Part shown: piece after piece, positions 1 to 10,747 of the stretch
Layout of the letters: each line of letters starts with the position of its first letter
Position numbering within the stretch: the first letter of the stretch is position 1
NCBI GenBank assembly: GCA_965116215.1
Contig: OZ220494.1
Location: 384,841-448,840 of the forward strand
Direction: 5' to 3'
DNA: 64,000 bases
Source: Bdellovibrionales bacterium
GTDB taxonomy: Bacteria > Bdellovibrionota > Bdellovibrionia > Bdellovibrionales > JAKFYE01
Position numbers and translations under genes: made by a program
The notes under the pieces: model-generated
Told to the model about the DNA's origin: nothing
What the model saw: the letters and a program-made list of their open reading frames with translations, nothing else
Database searches by the model: none

Positions 1-1250
1 AAACACAAGGTTATAAAGTTATTGGAGTGAATCATATCGGAGACTGGGGGAGTCAATTTGGTAAATTAGTATGGGCTTATCTTTCATGGGGAGATGAATA
101 TGATTTTAAGAATAAACCATTTGAGTCTTTATTTACAATTTATGTTCGATTTCATGAAGAGGCAAAAAAGAATCCTAAATTAGAAGCTGAGGGTGCAAAA
201 TACTTTAAAAGACTTGAGGAGGGTGACAAAAAAATACAAAAAATTTGGGAGCATTTTCGAGATATCTCTATTAATGAGTACAATCGAATTTATAATTTAT
301 TGGGTGTCCAATTTGACCTTACTCAGGGTGAATCTTTTTATCTTCCTTTATTGGATGGGGTTGTACAAGAATTAAGAGATAAGGGTATACTCAAAGAAAG
401 TCAGGGAGCTGAGGTTGTTGATGTTGGTGAAGACCGACCACCTTGTATTATAAAAAAAACTGATGGAGCCTCTCTGTACTCTACACGTGATATTGCTGCT
501 GCTATATACAGACACAATATTTTAAATGCTGATGGGATTATATATGTAGTGGGGGCAGATCAAACTTTGCATTTTCAGCAAGTTTTTAAAGTTTTAGAAC
601 TTATGGGTTGTCAATGGGTCAGGGATTGCCACCATGTGGCATTTGGGATGTACAGGTTTAAAGATTCTGGAAAAATGTCAACGCGTCATGGAAAAGTGGT
701 TTTTATGGAGGATGTTTTATCGAGGGCCATCTCTTCTGTGAGGGAGATTATTGAAAAGAAAAACCCCAACTTAGAGGATAAGGATAAAGTTGCACAACAA
801 GTCGGTATAGGGGCTATTGTGTTCAACGATCTTTTAAACGATAGGGTAAAAAATGTTGATTTTGACTGGTCAAAGGTATTGGATTTTGAAGGAGATAGTG
901 GTCCCTATGTTCAATATACATTAGTGCGTTGTAAGAGTCTTTTAAGAAAATCCGGATGGGATTCTGAATTAGTTATTAATGGTGAATTTATGACAATAGA
1001 AGAAAAAAACCTTATTTTTCGTCTACTAGAATTAGATCAAATTTTTGAAGCCTCTTATAGGAAATATAAGCCGAATATTCTGGCCCAATATTTATTGGAT
1101 GTGTGTTTTGAATTTAATCAATTTTATCATAAACATAAAATACTCAAGTCTTCAGAAAGGGAGAACCGTCTTGTCTTAGTGAAGGCGACAGAGCATATCT
1201 TGGAGCAGGGATTAAATATATTAGGAGTTTCTTGTCCTGAAGTCATGTAG
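1..1250 (+). CDS. argS: arginine--tRNA ligase, 3' portion (5' end outside window; codon phase starts at nt 3)
   Basis: The frame is open from the window edge (TQGYKVIGVNHIGDWGSQFGKL...). ArgRS-type motifs are present: GDWG.QFG, YVVGADQ..HF and MSTRHG at the KMSKS position. A C-terminal anticodon-binding helical domain follows. Confidence 0.9.
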   Translation, partial: TQGYKVIGVNHIGDWGSQFGKLVWAYLSWGDEYDFKNKPFESLFTIYVRFHEEAKKNPKLEAEGAKYFKRLEEGDKKIQKIWEHFRDISINEYNRIYNLLGVQFDLTQGESFYLPLLDGVVQELRDKGILKESQGAEVVDVGEDRPPCIIKKTDGASLYSTRDIAAAIYRHNILNADGIIYVVGADQTLHFQQVFKVLELMGCQWVRDCHHVAFGMYRFKDSGKMSTRHGKVVFMEDVLSRAISSVREIIEKKNPNLEDKDKVAQQVGIGAIVFNDLLNDRVKNVDFDWSKVLDFEGDSGPYVQYTLVRCKSLLRKSGWDSELVINGEFMTIEEKNLIFRLLELDQIFEASYRKYKPNILAQYLLDVCFEFNQFYHKHKILKSSERENRLVLVKATEHILEQGLNILGVSCPEVM

Positions 1251-1631
1251 GCCACATGATAACTAGAAAGGTGGCTTATCATGAGAAGTGGGCTTTTGAG
1301 TGGTGTCCAATAAGCGTTTTTATGTCAAATGGATTAGGTTATTTTTGAGTCCATCTCAAATGTGCTTTATTGAGTTAAAAATGTGTAGAAAATGGAGTAG
1401 AGCAACAGTTGTGCTCTAGGAGTTTAGAGCTTGAAAAAGAGCATAGAAATACTACAAAATTAATAGGAAAATTAGTCACATACATGCAAGTACTGTAAAA
1501 TGTTGCATATATTGGCGGCATTTAAGAGATAGAAATAAAATAATCTTTACGGATTTGTTTTCAGAGATGACAATGGGGCGAGAATACGGGGCATGGGGGC
1601 TTTTTAAGGGAGAGCTTTAAAGAGGTAAGAG

Positions 1632-2903
1632 TTGAGTTATAAATTCTTCACTATAGTGTTCTTATTTTCATATTTATTGTCGTTTTTTGTGAATGCACAA
1701 GAGAGTGGGGTGGTTTTACCACCTCAGGTTTTTCATCCTCAGTTTCGGGTGGGTTATGCCTCACAGATTACTGAGAAATTTGACAATTCAGGTTCTCTTT
1801 ATTCTATAAGCCGTCTTAATCAAGCTATGAATGCCTCTAATATTTCCAAATATGTGCCAGAACTTAAAGAATTGGTTCAATACATAGAGTCCATTTTTCC
1901 TTATTCGACATATGCTGAGGACCTAACTATTGGGAATTTAGAGTTTGATGCGAATGCCTTTGTTACTTATTACGTTCCGGCTTTGGCATATGGGGTGAAT
2001 AAACAATGGACGATAGGAGTTGGATTTCCAATTGTGAACTTAAAGGCTCAAGTTAAGGCATCAAGAGCAGGAATCAATAATGCTGCCTATGTTAAAAGTG
2101 CTGTAGCAGGCTCTAACTGTCTGAAGGGAGTTCAGACGGACTCGAGTGGGTTAGCTCAATTATGTGAAGGATTTGATAGGTTAGAAAATGCTGATGTTCT
2201 TAGTGAGTATGAAGTCGCTCTTTTTTCAAAGGGTTATATTATTCCAAGAGAAGCTGAACAAACTGTCATTGGTGATCTACAGATTATTAGTCAGTACTTG
2301 TACTATTCCAAAAATCCCTGGGTTTTGTATCAACAGACGACTCTTAATTTACCTACGGGACCAGAGGATGATCCAGATAATTTTATAGATATTCCTATCT
2401 TCCATCAAACGTGGTTAAAGTTAGCATTTTATCAAGATTTTCATCTTAACCATCAATGGAAATTGGGATCCCATCTTTCATATACATGGAAAATGAAAGA
2501 TAAGGCTCTAAAGAGAGTCCCTGAATCGATAGATGATTTATTACCAGGTATAGATCGTAAAGAAATATTAAATAGAAACTTAGGTGATATTATTACTTTC
2601 GGTTTAAAAATAGATCATGCTTTTACAGAATTTTTAAACTTTGAATTAGGGTGGGAGTTTTCAACAAGGAGTCCAGACCGATATTCTGGTCATAGAGGGT
2701 TTAATTATCGTTTAATGTCACATAATACAGATGGAGAATGGTATCAATTAAATGCAGGTGGAACGTTGTCAACCATATCATGGTTTAAAAAAGGTGAGTT
2801 TATTCTACCTTCTTCTATTTCTTATTTATTTTCAAATGTTTTTGCAGGTAGAAATACAGACAATCAACAAATCCATGAATTACAGTTTAAAATGTTTTTT
2901 TAA
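1632..2903 (+). CDS. uncharacterised outer-membrane beta-barrel-like protein
   Basis: TTG start preceded by AAAGAGGTAAGAG. Signal peptide MSYKFFTIVFLFSYLLSFFVNA/QE. The C-terminus ...HELQFKMFF ends in Phe, as in OMP beta-signals. I recognised no specific family. Confidence 0.6.
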   Translation: MSYKFFTIVFLFSYLLSFFVNAQESGVVLPPQVFHPQFRVGYASQITEKFDNSGSLYSISRLNQAMNASNISKYVPELKELVQYIESIFPYSTYAEDLTIGNLEFDANAFVTYYVPALAYGVNKQWTIGVGFPIVNLKAQVKASRAGINNAAYVKSAVAGSNCLKGVQTDSSGLAQLCEGFDRLENADVLSEYEVALFSKGYIIPREAEQTVIGDLQIISQYLYYSKNPWVLYQQTTLNLPTGPEDDPDNFIDIPIFHQTWLKLAFYQDFHLNHQWKLGSHLSYTWKMKDKALKRVPESIDDLLPGIDRKEILNRNLGDIITFGLKIDHAFTEFLNFELGWEFSTRSPDRYSGHRGFNYRLMSHNTDGEWYQLNAGGTLSTISWFKKGEFILPSSISYLFSNVFAGRNTDNQQIHELQFKMFF

Positions 2904-2918
2904 GATAGAGAGGGTATT

Positions 2919-5768
2919 TTGAGAATATCTTTTTTTATTAGCATTTTATTTATTCTAATAGGCTGCCAGGGAGCTAAGGAAAAGTCTTTTAAAAGGGCTA
3001 AGGTGAGTTCCTATGATGTAGGGAAAAACTTTATTCATTTAAATGGACTTTATTCTATATCAGCAAATGATTTATTTAATATTCACTCTGAAACAGTGGT
3101 TATTGAGAAAACTGAGAATATATTTTATTTAACAAGCCATTTATTTTTTCTTTCGTCAATGAAAGAGCAAAGTGGGCGTCTCAATGAGGCAAAACAAATA
3201 CGCCTCTTAGCATACAGAATACTTAATTCTTTCGAAAGTTCTGATAGTTCTTGGACATATTTTAACCATAACAATAGTAGTTATTTGGAATTAGCTTTAG
3301 GATTGGCTATGGATGGTACCGAGGATTTACAAACTATTTTTGATAAAACATTGGATAATCAAAAAATTGGACTAAGTAAAGCCATTAAAAATATATCTAA
3401 TCGAGATTTCATTTTACAAGAATTGGAAAGGTATAAAATTTCTGATTTAGATAAAACACAGGACAATAGTAAAATAGAGGGAAATAACTCTCTTCTTATA
3501 AATAAGATTGTTCAATTTTATGTTGATTTCATAAATGGCTTGCCTGAAATTTTGGAGAAAGAAAATGTAGATTCTAGTATCGTCAATTCAGTTAAAGAAC
3601 GTGTTAATAATGAATTTTCTGGTATTGTAGATGGTTTTCGCAATCACCTTCAAAATATTAACAAACATCAATCCTTAAAAGATAATTTAAAATTTATTGA
3701 ATTAGCATTGAAAACGCTTGAGGTGGAAGACAGTCAAACAGGTGAAAAAATCTTTCTTTTAGGAGAGAGTTTCGAGACTATTCTTGATATGGTTCATTCA
3801 TTACATACTATTGCAGATAGCTTGTTAAATGCCTCTAAAAACTCTGAGATTATTGATGTTATTTTACAGATTTGGACTCATCCTCTAATGGGAGAAGAGG
3901 AAAAATTAAAATTTAAAGAAAAGAATCGCTCTTTATATAATTTTTTAATTAATTTAGATGAAAAGGATATTGAATATTTAAAACATTATAATTTAGGTAA
4001 AGACAGATTATTATTGAAAGCCTTAGCACATAGTTTCAATTTTAAAAAATGGGGCATTCAATATAAACATACTGTGACGTGGTGGGGGATACAAATAGAG
4101 GGTAAGCAGGAGATATTAGACTTACTGAATACATCTATAAATGAGAGTGTTATTTTAGAATTGGATGAGCAAATAAGGTTTCATACTCCAGGAATAGTAG
4201 AGGAGATACTTAATTTTATATCTTCAGAAGTGGATAGCGTTCATAATGAAAAGAGATCAAATATGTTTAACGTTTTTAGAGAAGAGGGGAGGATCTATTT
4301 TGATAATCTTTTTGGGTCTTCTTTTGAGCCCTTAAGGGGTTTTGAGCTTCAAGGTGGGACTCTTGTTTTAGGAGAGAATAATAGTTTTAAAGTTGAAAGA
4401 GTAGAGAGCAATAAAAGAGAAACTAGTTCAAGATTGGTTGCTTTGTCTATGATGACATATGCACAAAAGATGGCAAAGTATGATAAAGATTTAAGTATTA
4501 ATCCTACAGGACTGGCTTTTTATAGAGATATTTTTTCTGAACTGAATAAACTAGTGTCAATATTGGGATACCGGTTGATGGAATCACCTAGTTTACGTGA
4601 GCCCTCATTTTTTCGTCCTGTTTTAGGCAGAAATCCAGATGCTGAACCAGATGTTTTTTCTTATAATAATGAAACAGGTATATTTTCTATCCCTCGTATT
4701 ATTCCTTTAAAAGGGGCTTTAAGTATAGATAAAGAGAGAGTTAAGGGAAGTGAAGCTATCTCTGACATCGGTGATATGGCATTGATCGTGAGGGGAGCTT
4801 CTCTATATATGGAGTATTTTAAAGATTGGAAGTCTAATAATTTAGATCAGAAGTTTGTAAAAGAATCTTTTCAATTAGAAAAGAAGTCGGATTTAATATA
4901 TGTCTTTCCAAAAGATACATTTTACGCATTAGCTTTAGGATTGGCGAGTGTACCTCTAAGAAACTTACAAAGAGATGGGGTTTACGTTTATACAAAAGAT
5001 AAAGGCAAAGGGTCGTATCAAGAATATTTAAATGGAGCACTTAATAAAGAGGATTCTCAAACAGAATCTGTAGATCCAATCGTTCAGGTAGCAGTGACAG
5101 ATGTGACCTCTGAAGGGATGATAGAAACTGTTAAAGCAGCTGATCTTGCACAGTTAATAATGGCTGCTGATGAATTCATATCTGCGACAGATGACTTTGA
5201 AAAGTCAAAAAACGAAACTATTCGAAAAGTCGAAAATGGAGAACGGGTTAATTACATATCTATAAATGAAGGGAGAGATTTATTATACGATTTTATAATT
5301 GGCTTAGCTAATTTTCTTTCGGGCAAAATGATAAAATCAGATGGTGGCGTTTTTCATTCTTATTCTGTAAAGAACAATGAATTGTTACCTTGGTTGAGAG
5401 AGAGACCTGAAGGAGGAGAAAAAGTAGCGACTTTTGATAGAACATTACATGATCAATTGGTTGTTATGCAGGCTATGGCAAGGGTTGCACGTAGAACAGG
5501 TATTAAAGGTTATGCAGATATTGGATTGAATATTTACAAATACTTAATGAATTCACATTATCAAAGTGCAATAGGAGTATTTAACTCTATAGAGAATACA
5601 AATGAAGGGAGTATTTCCTTAATAGATGCTGTTCAACTTATATTGAGTTTAGAGGAATTATCTTTTGTTCTTGATAATTCATCAGCAGAAGCCTATCAGC
5701 AAATACAAGAATTAAAGGGGCTTTATACAATGAGATTGATTGACATTTATAGAACAACACAAGACTAA
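2919..5768 (+). CDS. large (949 aa) lipoprotein, unknown function
   Basis: TTG start 15 nt after the upstream stop, preceded by AGAGAGGG. Lipobox ILFILIG-C-QG. Long uninterrupted ORF with coding-like composition and no recognisable catalytic motif. Confidence 0.6.
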   Translation: MRISFFISILFILIGCQGAKEKSFKRAKVSSYDVGKNFIHLNGLYSISANDLFNIHSETVVIEKTENIFYLTSHLFFLSSMKEQSGRLNEAKQIRLLAYRILNSFESSDSSWTYFNHNNSSYLELALGLAMDGTEDLQTIFDKTLDNQKIGLSKAIKNISNRDFILQELERYKISDLDKTQDNSKIEGNNSLLINKIVQFYVDFINGLPEILEKENVDSSIVNSVKERVNNEFSGIVDGFRNHLQNINKHQSLKDNLKFIELALKTLEVEDSQTGEKIFLLGESFETILDMVHSLHTIADSLLNASKNSEIIDVILQIWTHPLMGEEEKLKFKEKNRSLYNFLINLDEKDIEYLKHYNLGKDRLLLKALAHSFNFKKWGIQYKHTVTWWGIQIEGKQEILDLLNTSINESVILELDEQIRFHTPGIVEEILNFISSEVDSVHNEKRSNMFNVFREEGRIYFDNLFGSSFEPLRGFELQGGTLVLGENNSFKVERVESNKRETSSRLVALSMMTYAQKMAKYDKDLSINPTGLAFYRDIFSELNKLVSILGYRLMESPSLREPSFFRPVLGRNPDAEPDVFSYNNETGIFSIPRIIPLKGALSIDKERVKGSEAISDIGDMALIVRGASLYMEYFKDWKSNNLDQKFVKESFQLEKKSDLIYVFPKDTFYALALGLASVPLRNLQRDGVYVYTKDKGKGSYQEYLNGALNKEDSQTESVDPIVQVAVTDVTSEGMIETVKAADLAQLIMAADEFISATDDFEKSKNETIRKVENGERVNYISINEGRDLLYDFIIGLANFLSGKMIKSDGGVFHSYSVKNNELLPWLRERPEGGEKVATFDRTLHDQLVVMQAMARVARRTGIKGYADIGLNIYKYLMNSHYQSAIGVFNSIENTNEGSISLIDAVQLILSLEELSFVLDNSSAEAYQQIQELKGLYTMRLIDIYRTTQD

Positions 5769-5838
5769 AGTCTTTTTTCAGAACTCGCTTTTTTGCTTAT
5801 TTATTTTTGTTTATATCCATATGCTATATTAAATTTAT

Positions 5839-6309
5839 ATGATATTTAAGTGGTTTGTTCTTGCTATGTTCTTTTGTGCTGTGTATTCTTTTTCTGAATT
5901 TTTATGGATTAATACCAATAATCCTCTAGTAGGTATAGTTAATGGACGTGAGATTAGAGCCAATCAGTTTAAAAAGTATGGTTTTGAAGAAGGCTCTCCC
6001 AAAAAGGTAAGAGAATATTTCAATGCAATTGCTGAAAAGTATGCACTTTTAGATTATGCTCGGAGAAATCATACAGATGTTGAGAGATTATTTTCATTCT
6101 TTGATAAAGTGCGAGAGTTTGCCATTACTAAGAATGAATTCAATATAAAAAAGCAAAAGTTGGGTTTAAATGGTAAGTTTATTTCTTTGAAGTTAGAGAA
6201 TAAAATAAAGGAAGAAATATATTTAGATCGATTTAGCAGGGCAAGAGAAAAATACATTAAGCAAATAAAAGGTCGTTCATTAATTAAGTTTTTATTAGAA
6301 AAGTCATAG
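5839..6309 (+). CDS. small secreted/membrane-anchored protein, unknown function
   Basis: N-terminal hydrophobic segment MIFKWFVLAMFFCAVYSF. 156-aa ORF on the same strand as the upstream OMP and lipoprotein genes. It looks faintly like a SurA/PpiD N-terminal domain, but this is unproven. Confidence 0.5.
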   Translation: MIFKWFVLAMFFCAVYSFSEFLWINTNNPLVGIVNGREIRANQFKKYGFEEGSPKKVREYFNAIAEKYALLDYARRNHTDVERLFSFFDKVREFAITKNEFNIKKQKLGLNGKFISLKLENKIKEEIYLDRFSRAREKYIKQIKGRSLIKFLLEKS

Positions 6310-6359
6310 TCATAAATTGACCCCTTTCTATGTGAAATATTTCAAATGATAGGTAAGCT

Positions 6360-7826
6360 GTGATAGCGGATAGGCGTGTTAAAATAATTGCTACAATTGG
6401 GCCAGCTTCTATGGATGAGGATAGACTTAAGGATCTCTTTAAAGTTGGAGTGAATGTTTTTCGTCTTAATTTTTCTCATGGAAAATATAAAGATCATTTA
6501 AGAGTTATAGAAAGGGCTAGAAAAATATCGAAAGAATTAAAGGCACCTATAGCGTTGTTACAGGACCTACAAGGTCCTAAAATACGAATTGGTTCGTTAG
6601 AAAATGGTCAGATTAAATTAAAACCAAAAAATAAAATTGTTATTACAGACGATTTAAAGTTGGGAACAGATAAAGAGTTTTCAACTGACTATCCCTATTT
6701 ATCTAAAATTTGTACTTTGGGAACACGAATTCTTTTGGATGATGGTCTTATTGAACTTTGTGTTATTGATGTAGAAGATAAGAGAATTCAATGTGAGGTC
6801 ATATTTGGAGGAGTGCTTAGGGAAAGAAAAGGAGTCAATATTCCAGGAGTGGAATTGGGTTTAGAATCTTTGACAAAGAAGGATCTTAAAGATTTAGATT
6901 TCGGATTAGAACATAACGTCGACTATATAGCATTAAGTTTTGTGAGATTTTCTAAAGATGTTCAGAGTCTTAAAAAATTGATAAAAGAAAAACAATCTAA
7001 GATTCAAGTGATTGCCAAGATAGAATTAAAACAAGCACTTGAGGACTTGGAAAATATTATTAGAGTTTCTGATGGAGTTATGGTGGCAAGAGGGGATTTG
7101 GCTGTTGAAGTAGGTCAAAGTTGTTTGGCCGGAGTACAGAAAGATATTATTAAAATGGCAAATGATATTGGTCGTCCTGTTATAACAGCCACACAAATGT
7201 TGAATAGTATGATTAGGAATCCAAGACCAACACGAGCTGAAGTGACTGATATTGCTAATGCTGTTTTGGATGGAAGTGATGCTTTGATGCTTTCAGAAGA
7301 AACGGCTTTAGGGAAATATCCTGCTAAATGCGTGGAGGTTATGGATGATATTGTTCAAGAGGTGGAGAGGCAGGGCGTTTTATTTTATAAGGATAAAATT
7401 AATCATAAATATGAAACTATAGCTGAGGCTATTGCAGCAAGTGCTGTTCTAACGGCAAAGACCTTAGATGCAGAGGCTATAGTGTGTTTAACGACATCAG
7501 GTCGTACAGCAAAATTAATATCTTCTATTAGACCAAAAGCAAAAATCATCACTGTGACACATCTTATAGAAACTTTAAATAGAATGGAGTTAGTTTGGGG
7601 AGTGAAGACATTTTCTATTGATCCCTATGATTCTACAGATATAGCAATAGATCAGATAGAAACACAGTTGGTCGATTTAAACATTGTCAAACCAGGGGAT
7701 AAAGTTGTATTGACAATGGGAGTTCCAATTATGAAACGAGGGACAACAAATTCTATTAAAGTCTTGATCATTAGTAAGAAAGGGCGGCTTCTCGAGCAAG
7801 ATAAAAGACCACTGCGTTGGCGTTAG
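6360..7826 (+). CDS. pyk: pyruvate kinase
   Basis: GTG start. Pyruvate-kinase motifs: KIIATIGPAS, FRLNFSHG, DLQGPKIR, MVARGDLAVE and TQMLNSM. The length (488 aa) fits, including a C-terminal regulatory domain. Confidence 0.93.
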   Translation: MIADRRVKIIATIGPASMDEDRLKDLFKVGVNVFRLNFSHGKYKDHLRVIERARKISKELKAPIALLQDLQGPKIRIGSLENGQIKLKPKNKIVITDDLKLGTDKEFSTDYPYLSKICTLGTRILLDDGLIELCVIDVEDKRIQCEVIFGGVLRERKGVNIPGVELGLESLTKKDLKDLDFGLEHNVDYIALSFVRFSKDVQSLKKLIKEKQSKIQVIAKIELKQALEDLENIIRVSDGVMVARGDLAVEVGQSCLAGVQKDIIKMANDIGRPVITATQMLNSMIRNPRPTRAEVTDIANAVLDGSDALMLSEETALGKYPAKCVEVMDDIVQEVERQGVLFYKDKINHKYETIAEAIAASAVLTAKTLDAEAIVCLTTSGRTAKLISSIRPKAKIITVTHLIETLNRMELVWGVKTFSIDPYDSTDIAIDQIETQLVDLNIVKPGDKVVLTMGVPIMKRGTTNSIKVLIISKKGRLLEQDKRPLRWR

Positions 7827-8056
7827 CTGTGCTACGAAATTGAAAAGCATATAGGACTAAGATGGTGTTTGGTATAAAAGAGCCGCACTCTTTGAGTTAG
7901 AGTTTATTTTTGGAAGATCAATTTTAACTCAATAAAAGGAGAGTTCGATGACTCAAGAGCTATATGGAATTAAGAATAAAGTTAAATGCACTAGAAATTG
8001 GAGAGAAGTTAGGAAAAATATCTCTCGCATGGAAAAGGCTTGGTATTAAACACATT

Positions 8057-8719
8057 TTAAAGTGAATCTTGTATTTCTATAATATCTTTTGAAATTTCTA
8101 AATTTGCTCCTGTTGCAGCTTTTATCTCTTCTGGTTTGAGATCAGGAGCATATTCTGTTAATAGAAAGCCTTGATTCGTTATCTGTATGACGCCAAAGTC
8201 TGAAACAATATGATGTACACAATTTATTCCAGTTAGGGGTAGTGTACATTCTTTAAGGAGTTTGGGATTTCCCTTTTTGTCAACATGTTGCATGGCTACA
8301 ACAACATTTTTTGCGCCTGCAACAAGATCCATAGCTCCTCCCATACCTTTTACCATTTTTCCAGGAATCATCCAGTTTGCAATGTTTCCCTTTTCATCGA
8401 CCTGCATCGCACCAAGAACAGTCAGGTCCACATGTCCTCCTCTTATCATTGCAAAGCTATCAGATGAAGAGAAGAAGCTAGCACCTTGAGCCGTTGTTAC
8501 AGTTTGTTTTCCAGCATTGATTAAATCGGGATCAACATCTTTGTTTTTTGGGAAAGGTCCCATTCCTAAAAGGCCATTTTCACTTTGTAACATAACGTTT
8601 AGATGTTGAGGAATATAATTGGCTACAAGTGTAGGAATGCCAATACCAAGATTAATAGTATAGCCATCTTTAATATCTTTGGCAATTCGCATAGCAATTT
8701 GTTCTCGTCTTAATGGCAT
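8057..8719 (-). CDS. scoB: 3-oxoacid CoA-transferase subunit B
   Basis: MPLRREQIAMRIAKDIKDGYTINLGIGIPTLVANYIP and SENGLLGMGP are typical of the beta subunit. I chose the ATG at 8719, 4 nt after the scoA stop, rather than the longer track ORF. Confidence 0.88.
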   Translation of the reverse strand: MPLRREQIAMRIAKDIKDGYTINLGIGIPTLVANYIPQHLNVMLQSENGLLGMGPFPKNKDVDPDLINAGKQTVTTAQGASFFSSSDSFAMIRGGHVDLTVLGAMQVDEKGNIANWMIPGKMVKGMGGAMDLVAGAKNVVVAMQHVDKKGNPKLLKECTLPLTGINCVHHIVSDFGVIQITNQGFLLTEYAPDLKPEEIKAATGANLEISKDIIEIQDSL

Positions 8720-8723
8720 AAGA

Positions 8724-9419
8724 TTAACCCTCAGAGACCGTACGTATTTCAATACGCTTTTGATAGTTCTTCCCTTGAAAAATACGATGTACAAAAATAC
8801 CCGGTGTGTGAATAGTGTCAGGGTCTAATTCTCCAATGTCTACAAGTTCTTCAACTTCTGCAACTGTTATCTTCCCTGCTGTAGCCATAATAGGATTAAA
8901 ATTTCGAGCTGTTTTTCGAAAGATTAAATTCCCATATTGGTCGCCTTTCCAAGCTTTAATAAAGGCAAAATCACCAGTAAGAGCCTTTTCTAAAATATAA
9001 TCACGTCCATCAAAATTTTTAATTTCTTTGCCTTTAGCAACCTCTGTTCCAATGCCTGTCGGAGTGTAGAAGGCAGGTATTCCAGCTCCTCCAGCACGGA
9101 TGCGTTCAGCAAATGTACCTTGTGGGCACAGTTCAACTTCCAGTTGACCTCTTAGGAACTGCTCTTCGAATATTTTATTTTCTCCTACGTAAGTTGAAAT
9201 CATTTTTTTAATTTGGCCAGTTTGTAGAAGCAAGCCTAAGCCAAAATCATCAACACCTGCATTGTTTGAAATACATGTTAAATTTTTTACTTCAGAATCA
9301 CGTAAAGCTATTATGGTATTTTCTGGAATGCCACAGAGTCCAAAGCCACCCAGTAGTAGGGTCATATTGTCTTGGATATCAAAAATAGCTTCTTCTGCAT
9401 TTTTATAAACTTTTTTCAT
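8724..9419 (-). CDS. scoA: 3-oxoacid CoA-transferase subunit A
   Basis: [11 protein letters not shown]...[14 protein letters not shown] is a typical alpha-subunit N-terminus. The start overlaps the thiolase stop by 4 nt. Confidence 0.9.
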   Translation of the reverse strand: MKKVYKNAEEAIFDIQDNMTLLLGGFGLCGIPENTIIALRDSEVKNLTCISNNAGVDDFGLGLLLQTGQIKKMISTYVGENKIFEEQFLRGQLEVELCPQGTFAERIRAGGAGIPAFYTPTGIGTEVAKGKEIKNFDGRDYILEKALTGDFAFIKAWKGDQYGNLIFRKTARNFNPIMATAGKITVAEVEELVDIGELDPDTIHTPGIFVHRIFQGKNYQKRIEIRTVSEG

Positions 9420-10579
9420 CTTTCTACAATAAGGGCTGAACCCTCACCGCCACCTATACAGATAGTTGCACACCCCCGTCGTACAGACCTTTGTTTCATA
9501 GCATGGAGAAGAGTCGTTAAGATGCGTGCTCCGCTGGCTCCAATGGGATGGCCTAGGGCTACGGCTCCACCATTGACATTGACAATATCATTTGAAATCT
9601 GAAGCTCGTTTATAGCGGCCATAGCAACATTAGAGAAGGCCTCATTGATCTCCCATAGGTCGATATCTTTGATTTTTAAATTGGCTTTTTTTAAAGATTT
9701 TTTAACAGCTTCTGCTGGTGACAATGTAAACCATTTTGGGTCCTGAGCAAAGCTAGCATAACTGATAATTTTAGCTAGGGGTTTAATGTTTAGTTTTTTG
9801 GCTTGTTCAGAAGTGGAGAGAACTAAGGCTGCAGCTCCATCATTAATCTTACTGGCATTTGCTGCAGTGATTGTGCCGTTTTTTTCAAAAGCTGGTTTTA
9901 GTGTTGAGATTTTTTCAAATTTTACCCTCTGTGGCTCTTCGTCCCTATCCACTAGGTTCTTTTGATTCTTTACTTTTATAGGAATAATTTCTTCTTCGAA
10001 AGCCTTATTTTTTTCAGCAGTAAGGGCGCGTTGATAACTTTCTACTGCAAATGCGTCTTGCTCGTTGCGTGAAAAGGAATATTTTCGAGCACACTCTTCA
10101 GCACAGTGACCCATATGGACATCGTTATAGGGGTCCCAGAGTCCATCCTTAATCATAGAATCAATGAGTTTTACAGACCCCATCCGGTAACCTGATCGCA
10201 ATTTGTCTAAGAGATGTGGGGTTAAACTCATATTTTCTTGCCCTCCAGCTACAATAAGATGGGCATGACCTAACTGAATGGCATCTGCAGCAATCATTAC
10301 AGCTTTTAGACCTGAGCCACAGACTTTATTCAGGGTGAGGCATTCCGTAGATTCTGGAAGACCGGCATAGATAGCTGCTTGACGAGCAGGGGCTTGTGCG
10401 GCTCCAGCAGTGAGGACATGGCCCATAATACATTCTTCAATTTCTAATGGAGAGATCCCAGCTTTTGTAATAGCAGATTTAATGGCTTCCGCTCCGAGTT
10501 GAGGTGCAGGAATTTGAGCTAAAGTTCCTTGAAAAGCCCCAATAGGCGTCCGTGCAGCACTTAGTATACAAATACTCAT
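9416..10579 (-). CDS. acetyl-CoA C-acetyltransferase (thiolase II)
   Basis: Thiolase motifs: [12 protein letters not shown] (active Cys), [21 protein letters not shown] and CIGGGEGSA. 387 aa. Confidence 0.92.
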   Translation of the reverse strand: MSICILSAARTPIGAFQGTLAQIPAPQLGAEAIKSAITKAGISPLEIEECIMGHVLTAGAAQAPARQAAIYAGLPESTECLTLNKVCGSGLKAVMIAADAIQLGHAHLIVAGGQENMSLTPHLLDKLRSGYRMGSVKLIDSMIKDGLWDPYNDVHMGHCAEECARKYSFSRNEQDAFAVESYQRALTAEKNKAFEEEIIPIKVKNQKNLVDRDEEPQRVKFEKISTLKPAFEKNGTITAANASKINDGAAALVLSTSEQAKKLNIKPLAKIISYASFAQDPKWFTLSPAEAVKKSLKKANLKIKDIDLWEINEAFSNVAMAAINELQISNDIVNVNGGAVALGHPIGASGARILTTLLHAMKQRSVRRGCATICIGGGEGSALIVER

Positions 10580-10747
10580 AAACTTCCCTTTTAGAGAATA
10601 ATGTCAATACGTTGTCGAAAAGCGTGCTCTAGTCTATAAAAAAAATGAATAAGATGTCACGCTTTTGATTCTTATTCAATGATAGTGGATTTCTTACTAG
10701 ACAGTCCGAATAAGGGATGAAAGAGTGAGTGTTTTGGAGATCTGAGT

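Noticed and set aside
1251-1631. 380-nt spacer after argS with a G-rich tract (GGGGCGAGAATACGGGGCATGGGGGC) and small hairpins: possible riboswitch or sRNA
   Set aside because: I could not match it to any riboswitch or ncRNA consensus I know. The hairpins are short (6-8 bp) and lack terminator T-runs.
8262-9602. Small plus-strand ORFs (8262-8489, 8285-8467, 8815-9000, 9372-9602) opposite scoB, scoA and the thiolase gene
   Set aside because: They are antisense to three well-supported metabolic genes, with no independent support.
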